A DNA stretch of 64,000 nucleotides from Eledone cirrhosa (Eukaryota): contig OZ024743.1 in assembly GCA_964016885.1 (NCBI GenBank), positions 349,308,001 to 349,372,000 of the forward strand, written 5' to 3'. A model generated the notes under the pieces. It ran no database searches. It saw only the letters and a list, made by a program, of their open reading frames with translations, and had not been told where the DNA came from. Shown here piece by piece: positions 42,282 to 56,350 of the stretch (its first letter is position 1; each line of letters opens with the position of its first letter). The position numbers and the translations under genes are program-made.

Positions 42282-42840
42282 TCTATATATATAAAACTGA
42301 GGATGTCGGCGTGTGTGTGTGTGTCTGTGAGTTAGAATCCCTAAAACTCGAGAAGTACCCAACCGATTTTTTTCAAACTTTACATATGTATTACTTATGT
42401 TTCACGGAGTGTTATGCATATAAAAAAAATCAACTTTTTGATTCCCTAGGGCACGCATTAGGTGAAAAACTGCGTTTTTCTTCACCTTTTAGGGTTTTTT
42501 GGAGGCGTTACGTCAGACCGATTTTCTTGAAATTGTAACTATGTATTAGTCAGTCACTTCTTCATACGGTGACCAAAGAAAATCCAACTTTTTTATGGCC
42601 TAGGGCCCGGATTAGCTGAAAAACTTCATTTTTTCAGCTTTTTAGTGTTTTGTGAGGCGAAATTACTTAAAATTGTTAATATGACATAATCTTTTAAGAA
42701 CAAATTAATTAAGGAAAAGAATATATATTTTTTCTAATGCAATAACACAATATGAAAATATATGAAGAAATAATAAAATAAGGGTTTGGATGAGTAAAGA
42801 AGATTAGAAATGCTTATTAATCATATTTAATTACGGCTAT
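42282..42840 (+). mobile_element. Helitron-like non-autonomous element 5' region
   Basis: A|TCTATATATATAAAA start, (GT)n, ACCGATTTTTTTCAAACTT motif, and an internal ~120-bp tandem duplication. Confidence 0.5.
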
Positions 42841-42843
42841 TTC

Positions 42844-42880
<37 letters not shown>

Positions 42881-43904
42881 CACTTAAGATATTGTGATTA
42901 CCAATGGGCAGAACTTGTTCTTCAGCAGGTAGACAAGTGATGATGTAACAAATTAATCAAACCACACAACGTTATGCAGGTCACATCCATCGTAGATGTA
43001 ATATCCAGTATTTGTACAGAAATAGAGTAAAGTATTTCATAAACGACAATAGGAGGCCGCAGTGGAAAATATGCTTTAAAATTTCAATTCAGTGAAATCA
43101 CTATACACATTTTAGATGGTCCAGCTCCATTATCCAAGTATGATTCAAGAGAGGCGATCTCATCGGGCAACTTCGACAGAAGTACATAACAGTGTTATGT
43201 TGGACCCAGACACATTATGGAAGATAAGGAAAAAGAGAATAGGAAATTGGGAATTGAAAATTTGATTCGTGGACAGCATATATGATAAATTATAAACTAT
43301 ATAGACTGAACAATAGCAGCGATTTAGTTAAATTCAATGTTAATTTAATGTTTCCTTTCATTCTAATTTAACTTAATTTAATTGAAATTAAATCAAACTC
43401 AGAATTAACTTTAACTAAATATAGATTTTTCCTGACTATGTTTTTCTAGCTACGTTTGACCATGTGCAACCCTTTTCTGGTAAGCAATAACGCCAAGGAG
43501 ATAACATGGAATATGTACTTTACTACCAATCTATATATCTTTATCGCTCAGCGTACGTCGGTAGGGTGTATAAAGCCATGAGCCTGAAACATGTTCAGAC
43601 TAACTTTGGCCATGACCTAGATTGCTTGATAATTGACTAGCTAATTAATCAATTTTACCCACCATTCTTTTTTTAATATACTCTGTCAAATACAGCCCAG
43701 TTACTTTGGACTTCGCTTGGATACCATAGACCGCGAGACTGATTGGAGATGAGCCACACCAAATATAGACATGTTATGTGATTCAGTCGAAGCTCCCTGA
43801 TGAGCTGAACCATCGAAATAGCGTGATTACACGGAATAAAAATTTTAAATCATATTTTCTAGTCCGGCCTCCTGTTGTTTGTTAGATATATGTATATATG
43901 TATG

Positions 43905-44093
<189 letters not shown>

Positions 44094-44096
44094 ATG

Positions 44097-44155
<59 letters not shown>

Positions 44156-44172
44156 ATATACATATATATATG

Positions 44173-44251
<79 letters not shown>

Positions 44252-44271
44252 ATGTATGTATATATATATAT

Positions 44272-44565
44272 ATAAATGGAAAAAATGAAATTTCATTTCT
44301 CACTCTTAGTACGGCTGATACTTGAATATAAGTATGTATACGTACATACATATATGTATACACACTTACAGTAGTATGTATATATATACATACATGCACA
44401 CATATAATTATATGTACGTATGTTTTTACCGACAAATCGAACATAATAATAAATGTTCGGTAAACCCATACGTACATATATATATATATGTGTGCATATA
44501 TGTATGTATATCCATACTACTGTACGTCCATATACATATATGTATGTACGTATACATACTTACAT

Positions 44566-44570
<5 letters not shown>
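44272..44570. repeat. Fold-back tail fragment of the 59461-60303 family
   Basis: Shares AAATTTCATTTCTCACTCTTAGTAC and AATAAATGTTCGGTAAA blocks; self-inverted. Confidence 0.7.
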
Positions 44571-44605
<35 letters not shown>

Positions 44606-44650
44606 GTGGAACACTGGAAGGTAATATCCGTAGTGGTAGACCACTCAGTC

Positions 44651-45312
44651 CATGGTACGAGCCCCCTTCAACAGCAATGCAGCACACCAGCTGTAATTTA
44701 CGAAGCTGTGGTCACTTCCAACCGACCAACCGAACCACAGGAGGTCAAATCCTATATGGGCATGGCGGAGGGCCGATTTAAGGAACGTTTCCTGAACCAC
44801 CAGTCTACCTTCAGGTACCCGGACAGACGTTCATCCACGTAACTCGCGAGCCACGTATGGTCCCTCAAGGACTCAAGTATAGACTACTCCATTCAATGGA
44901 AAGCCATCACGAAGTCCAAGCCATACGCAAGGTGAAATTCTACGTGTGGCTTATATATTGACGAACGAATAACTATTCTAAAGAGATTACGTAATAGTGA
45001 TTGCCTAAATCAAGAAATGAATTTTTCACACGTTGTCCACACGTCGCCAAACACCTATTACATAACTACAAGGCTCCGGACTGATTCTTTGTAATTTTAT
45101 TTTTCAACTAAAAGCTTTTCGGACTTTCGCAGTTATTTCCCTTGCACCTCTCGCACGTATTCTAGTATTGCCTGTCTGAAGCGACCGGGTTTCTGCGCAT
45201 GCGCGTTCGTACGGTTGTCTTTCACTTCCTATAACCATGCCAATTCTGAGTTGAGGATCCGCTAAGGTGAAACAATTGTTTTCGGTATGGTGAACTAACT
45301 GTCGTGTAATCA
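44651..45312 (+). mobile_element. PLE 3' fragment: GIY-YIG remnant (44651-45083) plus pLTR with a decayed hammerhead (45246-45285)
   Basis: SPLQQQCSTPAVIYEAVV...SYMGMAEGRFKERFLNHQSTFR...T*LASHVWSLKD...IQW...CPH; CUGAG-uUGAGGA-..-GAA-ACAAUUGU-U-UUCGG. Bounded by (TA)n on both sides. Confidence 0.85.
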
Positions 45313-45314
45313 CT

Positions 45315-45351
<37 letters not shown>

Positions 45352-45533
45352 TTTACTTTCTTGTGACTAGCTATTGCCTCCCTTTTCTGCTTAGTGACGC
45401 TATGATATTCCTCAGTCTAAAGACTGCTGAAATTTCAAATTTGGCGGTCATTTGATGCGTGAAGGGGCGACTTAGCGGACACGAAAAATAACTGCGGTAA
45501 GAAATTTGTTCTTATATCAAAGTTTAATGGGCA

Positions 45534-45655
45534 TCCACTGATGATTTATAAGTGCCCACCTGCATAGGTTCTTACAGAAAAATATGTTAGGCTCTACATA
45601 AACCGGAAACATTCTCCCAACTTGTAGAAAACTTATAATGAAACAATTGTTTGGA
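45534..45655 (+). ncRNA. Hammerhead with ~95-nt expanded stem II domain
   Basis: UCCA-CUGAUGA-uUUAUAAGU...ACUUAUAAu-GAA-ACAAUUGU-U-UGGA. Confidence 0.7.
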
Positions 45656-45941
45656 AAGAGAGATATATTTTAATTTTAATTATATCTCATATAAAATAAT
45701 ACAACTGGCTTTCCACCAAATACATATAGTTGGTACCCCAAACACAAAATTGGGACTATACTAACGTATATCCTAATGTTTGTTGAGTGAGATGGTTACC
45801 AGTCAGAGTGTAGCTTAAAGCTTTCTCTGTTATAGTATTAAATATATATATATATATATATTAGAACATGAGTTTTTTTTACAAAATGAAAAAAAAAACG
45901 AGATGTCCTACACGAGTGAAAGTATATGGAAAAAGTATGGA

Positions 45942-46163
45942 ATCGAAAATGCAACTGGAGTCTTTTTAAGAATATTTATTTGGTTCTTTTACCGGCTTCG
46001 CAGTTCTTGTGCTTTTCAAAAGTAGAATTGAGATGGAGTGTTTGTGGTTTTTCTCGCATCAAACACCCCATCTCAATTCTACTTTTGAAAAGCAGAGGAA
46101 CTAGGAGACCGGCAAAGGAACCAAATAAATATTGTTAAAAAGACTCCAGTTGCATTTTCGATT
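45942..46163. repeat. ~220-bp hairpin (arms 45942-46044 / 46060-46163)
   Basis: ATCGAAAATGCAACTGGAGTCTTTTTAA...GCTTTTCAAAAGTAGAATTGAGATGG mirrored by its reverse complement. Confidence 0.85.
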
Positions 46164-46174
46164 TCATCTTTTTT

Positions 46175-46236
<62 letters not shown>

Positions 46237-46838
46237 GTGTGTGTGTGTGTGAGTGTGTGTATGTATGTGTGAGTGTGGGTGTGTATGTTTGTGTGTGTGT
46301 CAGTGAGTGTGTGTATGTGTGTGTGCTGTTATACCTTGGGAGGACCATGATGCCATTAAAACTTAGGTAGCATTTGAATTCACAAATTTAGAATTAAAAT
46401 TTCCCGTTGGTTAGTTTACTATACGGATGTTTGTTTAGTTGTTGCTTGTCAAACTCCTTTCGTCTCATATTCTGCGGCCACTTCATTGACAACATCAGTT
46501 ACTTTGTGATTCCTCTTTCTTCAGTTTTAAACCATCTTGTCTTTGGGAGATCTGTACCTGGACAATGCATGAATTACATCTGGTTCCATGAGTGTTTATA
46601 TGCTTTTTTCTCTCTTCTCTATTTCATACTTGTCTCTAGGCAGTTAATTGTTAACCAGATTGATATATTTTACATTTGTTTGTTTTAGTTTGTCTATTTA
46701 CTTTATTGTTCTTACACTACTTTTATACTACCTTTAGACACTATGTTGTGTGGTTGGTACTATTCCATTCATGATTTATACACATTCTAAGAATACACAT
46801 ATACATACACACAGACTCTCACACACACACACACACAG

Positions 46839-46940
<102 letters not shown>

Positions 46941-47121
46941 ATCTACCAAAAATTTACGGTAGTGTCCAATGCGTATGAAGAACTCAATGTAATCCGGATA
47001 TCATGAAAAGAGAAGATGCATTCAAAAACTATTATCGGTGAAAATTAACGGAAAACAAAGTCAAGATAAATTAATAAAATAATGAATAAACAAAGAAACA
47101 GTTCCTTATATTAAAAAAAAT

Positions 47122-47263
47122 TCATCATTTTACGATCGTTTCTAGGATATATATGTGTTAGAATTGGTATGCATATTCTATAGATCTATGTACAATATTT
47201 ATACAAACTATCAGAGGGAATATACATACCTACACATATATATGCTGTCTTCAGAAATAATGA
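47122..47263 (-). ncRNA. Hammerhead with ~105-nt stem II domain (mirror copy)
   Basis: Reverse complement of 49125-49266. Confidence 0.75.
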
Positions 47264-48306
47264 TATTTGTTTATTGAAACAAACAAAGATTCAATACAAT
47301 AGGTCTGTTTGGGAAAAGGTTTTGAATTGACCAATAGAGAGATAGTGAGGGTCAAGATAGTAATATAGTAGTAGAAGGACCTTAAATTATGGGTAGAGGA
47401 AGGTAGATTTCAGTTTTGGATGGAAAAGAATATTATGAATGAAAGATTATTTTAGGGATGAAAATAGGTCGTATGCTGACCTCAGAAATAATTATATTTG
47501 TTCATTGAATAAAACCAACAAAGATCTAATATATTCTGTCTGTTTGGTAAGAGGTTTAGAATTAACCAATAGAAAGTTAATAATTAAATCTTACCTTAAA
47601 TTTGTTGGAGGTAGCTCCTATATATGAATAAATAGTATATAAATGTATATAAATGTAAAGTTAACACTAAGGATTCAATTTATTCATATATAGGAGCTAC
47701 CTCTAACAAATTTAAGGTAAGATTTAATACCCACAAACATAGTTTTTAAAATGCCGCACTAGCTAATACAACATCTCTAGCTGAAATAATTAATAATTAT
47801 AGAAAGAGGAATATAGATTATGACCTGACCTGGAGTGTGCTCAAAAGAGCCACCCCTTATCAAAATAGTAGATATGAATGTAGATTATGTTCCCAAGAAC
47901 TTTTTGAAATAATGAAATCTAAGGATATCCTATTAAATAAGCGACAGGAATTAATAATATCGTGTAATCATAAACTGAGAAAAACCTTTAAATATTATAA
48001 ACCTAATTAATATACACTTTAGAAATTAATATATAAACTGTTTTTAATTTAGTTAACCTATAATTAATATTCCACTACTGATGAACCACATAATTTTACT
48101 TTCCTTCTTACAACTATCATTTCCTAAAACTGATACCATTAAGTAAACATATATAATGCCTTAACTTCACGCTATGACTCTATGTTCCTTGAAATCTCTA
48201 TATACTTATTATTTCTCACTAATAAATTTAATCCCCCCCCCCAATAATTATATGTATATGTAAGTATGTATGTGTGTGTATATGTGTGTATGTATGTATG
48301 TATGTA

Positions 48307-48349
<43 letters not shown>

Positions 48350-48376
48350 GTATATATGTGTGTATATGTGTATGTG

Positions 48377-48421
<45 letters not shown>

Positions 48422-49124
48422 TATCTTTATATTCTTTTAATTTCCCCTCATCTTTAACGGCACTCTTCAACTGCATCTAACTCTTATTTATCATATCTAT
48501 ATGCATTAGTATAAGTTTATCAATATAAATATACCCATCAATTAAATTAATTTATATAATTTATATTCTTTTCATAGATGTATTTTTTTCACTAACACTC
48601 TTATCATAAAATTTTAGTCTCCTTAGATATTTGCATTGGCATTACTGGTTTATAACAACAACTGCTCATATACTTTTTACTGACCTGACCTATTTTCACC
48701 CCTAAAATAACTTTCTCATTCTTCACACTCCATTCAAAACTGAAATCTACCTTATTCTACCCCTAAAATAAGCTTCAATTACTACTATTTTACCATTTGG
48801 CCAATTATTAACTTTCTATTGGTTAATTCTAAACCTCTTACCAAACAGACAAAATATATTAGATCTTTGTTGGTTTTATTCAATGAACAAATATAATTAT
48901 TTCTGAGGTCAGCATACGACCTATTTTCATCCCTAAAATAATCTTTCATTCATAATATTCTTTTCCATCCAAAACTGAAATCTACCTTCCTCTACCCATA
49001 ATTTAAGGTTCTTATACTACTATATTACTATCTTGACCCTCACTATCTCTCTATTAGTCAATTCAAAACCTGTTCCCAAACAGACCTATTGTATTGAATC
49101 TTTGTTTTTTTCAATAAACAAATA

Positions 49125-49266
49125 TCATTATTTCTGAAGACAGCATATATATGTGTAGGTATGTATATTCCCTCTGATAGTTTGTATAAATATTGTACAT
49201 AGATCTATAGAATATGCATACCAATTCTAACACATATATATCCTAGAAACGATCGTAAAATGATGA
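49125..49266 (+). ncRNA. Hammerhead with ~105-nt stem II domain
   Basis: UCAUUAUUU-CUGAAGA-cagcAUAUAUAUGUGU...ACACAUAUAUAUccua-GAA-ACGAUCGU-A-AAAUGAUGA: 9-bp stem I, palindromic stem III, imperfect base of stem II. Confidence 0.75.
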
Positions 49267-49335
49267 ATTTTTTTAATATAAGGAACTGTTTCTTTGTTTA
49301 TTCATTATTTTATTAATTTATATATATATATATAT

Positions 49336-49590
49336 CTAAGGCGGGTAAAATTCCCGAGATCCATGGACGAGTTCTCTCCAGCGGTCTCTGTCCCTCATTG
49401 TCGCTGCCATGTCCTGCGTCTCCAACAGACCAGTCTGTCTTTAGGTCATCAACATACGTTAACCTTGGTCTTACTCTTCTAGTGTGTCCATGTAGGGGCT
49501 CCCACAGGAGCACTGAGTGCAATGTCAACTCTGGATGTCGGTGAGCATGTCCAGCTAACCTCAGTCTCCTCTGTGTCACTTTTGAGCTGC
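49336..49590 (-). mobile_element. RTE-type LINE 3' end
   Basis: SSKVTQRRLRLAGHAHRHPELTLHSVLLWEPLHGHTRRVRPRLTYVDDLKTD. Confidence 0.8.
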
Positions 49591-49603
49591 ATATATATAT
49601 ATA

Positions 49604-49900
49604 GGCGTGAAGGCGCGTGGCTGAGTGGTTAGAGATTGGATTCGCAATCGTGAAGTTGTGAGTTCGATTCCTGGACCAGGCAATGCGGTATGTCCTTGAG
49701 CAAGACACTTTATGGTGGATTGGTAGTATCGGTAGAGGGTCGGGCGCCATGCTTTGACGCATAGAGTTACGGCCCTTGCCATTCTGAGTTCAAATCCCGC
49801 CGAGGTTAACTTTGTCTTTCATCCTTATGGGGTCGATAAAATAAAGTACCAGTAATAAACCGGATAATTGCTGGCCTTGTGCCAAAAGTAGAAACATTAT
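49604..49900 (+). mobile_element. Two adjacent tRNA SINEs (type 2 head 49604-49712, then type 1 49713-49900)
   Basis: A-box TGGCTGAGTGG and B-box GAGTTCGATTCC, then TGGTAGTATCGG and GAGTTCAAATCC plus the family tail. Confidence 0.88.
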
Positions 49901-50129
49901 TATTATTATTAATATTATTTGTGTTTTAAGTGAGAAGGCATTATATTGTTAGTTTGTGTAAGTTTGTTGCTTTAACGTATTTAAATCCTTTTCATGTTAA
50001 TATGTTTTATTACAACCAGGGTAGAAGTATTTGAACTTTAATTTGCGTTTGAATGAATATTTTTATTTGAAATATGGACGGAGAACACGACTTCACGTTA
50101 AGCCAGCTGTCACTTGCCACCCGCTCAAA

Positions 50130-53100
50130 GGTGGAGTGGTGTGTCAACCCCCAATACCACTATTATGAAAACCAACACTACTTCTGGCAGTGTTACCAAC
50201 AACAACCACAACAGCAGTACCAACAGCGACTGCAACAATGACAACAGCACCAACGACGAGAACACCAAACAGAACAACAACGTGAATACTGACAACTCGA
50301 ACAGCAGCAATGATGAGCAGTAAAACAGTTGTAACAAAATAACCTCGACAATAACAGCAGCAACAGCTACATCGTGAAGAATAACAGTAGTACTTTTGCA
50401 GCAACAGCTGCAAAAAGTCAAATTTTATAGAGCCTTGATTTAAGAGAAAAGGAAGTAGCTTTGGCCCAGGCTAAAAATCTATGACCAGAGAAAAAGCCCG
50501 GGCCAAATTAAACAACCCCGCAGAAGTGATGGCGGTGACGGAGAAGTGAACTTTAAAATATATATCTATTTCGGTTCCAACTCCAAAGCCGAGATTACCT
50601 CCCAAGCACCCAGATATCCTCCCAAGCACATATAGAGGCTGCACTGAAGTGCATCATAAATGACATTGAGGACCTAGCTAGGGCCAAATAATTCGGGAGC
50701 ATCTCCATGCTCTTCAAAACTGAGGCCCTTGATATCAAGCATTCAGTTGTCCCCTACAAGCTGGACTAAATTATTAAGTACTCGTCCTACATGGATAGAA
50801 GGAAAGTAAGGCTCCGTGTTCCCAGTATCACCCCTTGACTAGAGCTATGGTGAGTCCTGGGATGCGTGGCTGAAGAGGGCCCTGACACCCTCTTCGATCT
50901 GATGTGTAGAAAGAGGGGGAGGTGGCCCAGGACTGGTTTGGTATAATACGTCTCCACGTCAAACTTGAGCTCATGAAAAATATATTAGACTACGTCAAGC
51001 TGCCAGACGAGTGTGAGATACAAGTCATTACTGATGGCAAACGGCCGCACTATTTCGTTTGTGGTGAAGCCACAATTCTCCGAGCCTTTTTCCCCAGCTG
51101 AAAATTGCAAGGGGCAGCAAAATCCGTTGCTGTAAACACAGGTGCCTGGACTAACTACCACACAATTCACAACCCGAACACCGTCAGCAGCCATATCACT
51201 ATTAACAACAGAATCAAACCAAGGGGAAGCTGTGGAGACTTCTCTCCCTCCCTAAACAAATGCATACATCTAGATAAACAATAACACACAAATATCTGAA
51301 TTTGACACAGAAAACTAATCGTCTCGTAGTGACGACAAGGAATTAACACAAGGTGAAAAAAAAAAGTAAAAGAAAAACTTCCTCAAATAACACACACGCG
51401 CACACATTAGAGAAAACGCAGGTACCACACACAACCACATCCACAACACCATCAGCAGCGGGAGCCCCAGCAAGACAACCCGAAGACAAACTCGCATAAG
51501 TTGAACAACCAATAACACAGACACGAAAATGTGAGCTAATAAGAAGGGCCAACCCAGAATTGATGGCCCTTATAGCACAGAGTGAGGAAATTGAGAGAGA
51601 CGGGGAGATTTTTGCCACCAGTAACTTCGATGGGACCATATTTACTTATGGTGGTGCGAATGGCACCACCAACATATAAAAGTATGAAGGAGAGCTTCCT
51701 GCAAGATGTGAAATCCTCAAATATAAAAGTGACAAGCAGGTACCTAAAGGATAATACACCAGACATGAAGATTGTATGACCCGATTTCCAACAGAGTCCG
51801 AAGGGTAACTAGCACCCCGTATTTTTCTCTGGGAATGGGCGGAGGACTGGCAGGGTTGTTTATGAAAAGCTTGGATCTCAAGGGAAGAACTATCTTCCTG
51901 GACCTGGACGTTAAGTTATTTGTCCTGTATGTGACTAATCACGAAGGTGGTGCCTTTAGGCCGGCTGCCGTCTACACCTTGACCGGGGACGGACAGTCGG
52001 ATATCTGTAAGCACCAGGAAGACTTTTAGGAACGTCTAAACCCTTTACTGTTAGCTGGGGACTGGAACACTATCTTAGACGCAGGCTGCGATTGTGTGGG
52101 CGTATGTCATAGGAGAGGGTGGTACTAAAGCCTTCAAGTACCGGATCAGCCAGTGTAGATCTGGACCAACCGCATAGGCTCATCTAGATCGTATATAGAT
52201 CGTATATATTAGGTTAGCAGATAGGGAAAGTAGGGTTTGCCCATATTTCAGAAGGGTTGGTTATTCAGATTAAAACTTTGCAATCTGCTTGGTCGACGTA
52301 AATTGGAAACTAAACACGTCATTCCCTGCGCGAACAGACTACAGGTATTGGGTTAAAACTTTAGTTAAACGTATATTGACAGGGGGTGGGGGGGTATCTA
52401 CAACAGGTGGACGGGTCCGCTCAAGAGAGACATTAGAGTAGTGTCAATCCATTTTAGTAAAGAAGTAGCGTTAGAAAAGAAAAGAAAGGCTGAGATTCAG
52501 TAGCTAAATTAAATGAGGTCTATAGAAGTGGCATTGCAACTGAACTGCAACTGAAGTGCTATCTTGCATTGTTAGAGCTAATGCCCGTGATCTGAGAAAT
52601 GAGGGACCCAAAGCTTTTCGTTGTACATGTGTGGTAACAAAACTACGATTCGGTCTCAGCCAGATAATTGCGTCCTTTGGCCAGCACATTGGTCGACCGT
52701 TCAGGGTTAGCGGGGAATCAGGGAATCGGGACGATAGCGGATTTCAGTTCCTACTGGCCTGCTACGTATCTCATCAGCCGATGCTGATTGTTGCAAAAGG
52801 CTGATAACTGCAGCCGAAATTAGGATCACCTGGTCGGCTTTACGAGGTGCAAGTCACCTGGTTTGGAGGATCTGCTCTACAGTTTAATGTATTAATGTCA
52901 AACTTGTTATCCGATCTCCTCGAAACGGTCTACTGTAATTGGCAATATTGTGAATCGGGGCGTCGTATCGCTGTTGAGGAAAGACTAGAACAAAAGGGGC
53001 ACAGGAAATTATTTCAGGCCCGAAATACTGATAAGCAGAGAGTTTAAGATTTTGGCCAAGTGAAGATGTTGGACTTTGTCATTGAGGGTTTTGTAAGGGA

Positions 53101-54060
53101 GGGGCAAACTTGCGCAATCCCGATCAGGCCCAAAGAGAGTAGGAAGTAAACCTGTCTTCGGTGAGACTATGATCAATTTAGATCAATCGAAAGTTTTCTG
53201 TGGGATCGACCATCGATAACTGGAGGCTGACATCAAGACAGCTTGCTTCGGTTGCGTCTTCAAAGTCTGGATCGCTGCAATGGGCAGAGGCATAGCTGCT
53301 ATGTGTTCAAAGTAAATTGCCACCATTCAAAACCGTTTCAGACACACACACTCGTTCCGTTAAGGGTACTCTCTCCCCTCACATCTGTACGGGTTGAATT
53401 TCAACCAATTACTTCAGAAGCAGGGTGTCCCGCTCGAAGTGGGACCAGGAAGGGCTACGTCGGCTTATAACTGAGTTGCAGTCTGGTTCAAGAAGAGATC
53501 AAGTGTGGGCGTCTGGAATATTATCAGGCGCTCACTGCTAACTGCCAGACGGGCAATGCAGTCAGTGGAAGTTCCACTCTAGAGTTCTAAGGATTAATGG
53601 TGGGCAAGTGTGAGACGCTCTTGGAGAGACGCCGGGCGTTGACGAAAACGAACTGACCAGTCTACTGGATGTGCGGTCAGATGGACCTGTACAAGATCTA
53701 CGCTAAGCAATGAAACTGTTCTGCACACACTCATCTCGCATCTGTGCATTACTGACTTGTGGTTGTATGTCAAACAGCTACTATCGCTTGTGAGACAGAT
53801 CCGTCTATTGAGAGAGTCCATCGTGAAGATCACTCACCACCTTCTTTTGGTCGGGAAGGGCAGGCAGTTTCCCTCTGACTGGTGGCTGTAGCGAAAGAGG
53901 TTGTGTGGTAGATGAGACTGAAAGAACTGAACACTTTTCTCTTCGGCCAATCCCCCACCAACGTTTTCAAATCTCTCATGAAAAAGGAGGTAATGGTTGA
54001 GAGGGAATACTGGCCACGAATACATTTGCTGAAACGCAGTTGAATTTTACAAGAATGGCC
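50130..54060 (+). mobile_element. Highly decayed Tx1/L1-type LINE (ORF1, APE endonuclease, RT, C-terminus)
   Basis: GGGLAGLF...AVY, LAGDWNTILD, LDRIY, QTCAIP, INLDQSK..GIDH. 53470-54020 parallels the C-terminal ORF2 of the 11534-15558 element. Confidence 0.75.
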
Positions 54061-54069
54061 CTTGCATCA

Positions 54070-55310
54070 ACAACGGAATCAACAAAACACCACTTTACCG
54101 GATGTGGGCTTGAAAACCACTAGGAAAAAAAGAACTTCCCATTCACCGACAAGAAAGAGTGCGAACCTAACAAAAGAGTCAAAACTTCAACGCCACCAAT
54201 ATTATCACCATCGTCAACATCACCGCCACCCGGATCAGCATCACAGCAAACATCAACAACAACCTAAACAAAAACAAACCCACATCCGCAACAACAAACT
54301 CAAATCCAACAAAACAATACAACTGTAGCAATAAATGCATAAACTGTAGCAAAAACGCAAACATCAAAAAATTACTTAACTACATAGAGCACAATACCAG
54401 CATTGCAGACAAAAAACTACACAACACCCACACATATAAAGATAACAGGAATGAAATAAAAAAACATACACGTCCGAGAAACCCTCCACAGAAGAATATA
54501 CAGGCATCCTTGATGAGAAGAACACAACTAATCAGACAGATGAAGCAACGTTCCCTCCACCAGAAAGCCAGTGTTAAGTTATCCCTTGTTTCTTATTTCA
54601 TTTAATATGACCTATCTCAGCTTGGGTAGTATAAATGCACGGCGCCTAGATTTGCCTTAGAACCAGGGTTACCTGCTCTATGACCTCAGATCATTGAACA
54701 TAAAAAAGGTGGCTATCTGCGAGAGCAGATAGTATCTAGGTAAGTTATTTTGTAGGGAAATAGATAAGTCTAGCAATGATTGGCTACAATTTAATGTAGC
54801 CGACTACACAAACCACAAATTTCTATCCGTGTGGCTTTATAGACAGGGCCCGACTACTGAAAGCTGAACGCGTCGCTCCCAGCGCACAAAGCCAACAGAA
54901 ATCAGATTAGTGAATTAGTTAAACTGATGTTGAAACGGACCTGCCCGAGATGCGCGCAGAACGACGAACTATTCTCCATGCACTCGTCCAGTGTCCGTGC
55001 ATTACTGACTTGTGGAGTTTTGTCGAACAGATGTTATCACTTGTGGGATGTATCCATCAATGAACCGAAACCATGGTGAAGATCGCCCCTCCAATTTCTT
55101 TTAGACGGGAAGGACAGGCACTTTTCCTCTGCCTGGCGGCCGTAGCGAAAGTGGTTGCGTGGTGAACCAGATTGACAGGACTGAAAATAGACGTTTCCCT
55201 TCGCTAATCCCGCATCAACCTTTTCAAGATTCACTGTGAAAAGAAAGTGACGGTGGAGAGAGAAATGCTGCTCTCTGTACATTTTCTAAAGTGTGAGTGA
55301 ATGTTTCGAG
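54070..55310 (+). mobile_element. Second deleted Tx1-like copy (ORF1 end, ORF2 start, C-terminus)
   Basis: MTYLSLGSINARRL at 54607; TCPRCAQNDxTILHALVQCP near 54940-55000. Confidence 0.7.
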
Positions 55311-55429
55311 AATTGCTGTTGTGATAATGCTACTTATGCTGCTGCAATTGTAGTGGGATTTATTTTCTTTTACTGATAAAAAATAAAATGTCAGGCGTTC
55401 GCTAGATCTGGTTACTTTGAGGAAGAAAG

Positions 55430-55587
55430 AGATGAAGATGGAATGGAAATGGAAAGAAAGAATGATAGAAAGAAAGAAAGAGAGACGGAAGAAGGAAAGG
55501 AAGAGGGAAGAAAGGAAGAAAGAAAACAGAAAGAAAAAAGAAAGAAAGAAAGAAAGAAAAGAAAAAAGAAAGAAAGAAAGAAAGGAA

Positions 55588-55633
<46 letters not shown>

Positions 55634-56290
55634 AGAAAGAAAGAAAGAAAGAAAGGAAAGAAAGAACGGAAGAAAGGAAGGAAGAAAGAAAGAACGGAAG
55701 AAAATAAATAAAAGAAAACAGAGAAAGAAAGGAAGAAAGAAAAAATAAATAAAGAAAGAAAGAAAAGAAAAAGGTAAGAAAGAAAGAAAGAAAGGAAGAG
55801 AGAAAGAAAAAGAAAGAAAGAAAGGGAGGAAGAAAGGAATAAGGAAAGACAGAAAGGGAGAAAAGAAAGAAAGAAAGGAAAAAAGAAAGAAAGAAAAAAA
55901 GAAAGGAAGAAAGAAAGAAAAAGAAAGATTGAAAGAAAGAATGAAAAAAGAAAAAGTATGAATTAAAGAAAAAAGTAAATTTTGTTGATTAAGAAAAGAG
56001 TAGAAAGGGAGGTAATAAAGCGTAAGAGAATGACGAGGGCATATTGAAGAAATATAGGAGAAATAAAATAGAAGGAAAACAAGATAAGACTATAAATAAA
56101 AGAGCCAAGGAACAACAAGGACAGAAATGTTGATAAGAAAGGAATGACAGAAACTTTAAAGAAAGAAAACAAGAAAATTAAATTTAAGGGGGAAAGTGGG
56201 GGAATGGAAATGTTTAAACACGTGAATAAATGAAATATAAATATAAGGAAGAAAGGAAAAGAAACTATACAGTTATAAAAAGAGAGAAAT
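55430..56290. repeat. (GAAA)n / purine-rich tract
   Basis: Direct reading. Confidence 0.92.
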
Positions 56291-56292
56291 AT

Positions 56293-56350
<58 letters not shown>

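Larger units (their letters stand above)
47066..49321. mobile_element. Fold-back non-coding element with ~520-bp inverted arms, each carrying a hammerhead
   Basis: Arms 47066-47586/48803-49321; nested hairpin 47584-47633/47679-47728; microsatellite in the spacer. Confidence 0.88.

Noticed and set aside
42880-43200. Possible hAT dimerisation-domain relic (KIL*LPMG...DGPAPLSKYD)
   Set aside because: Fragmentary motifs in inconsistent frames.
49604-49680. tRNA gene
   Set aside because: A and B boxes are present, but there is no complete cloverleaf and it continues into a SINE body.
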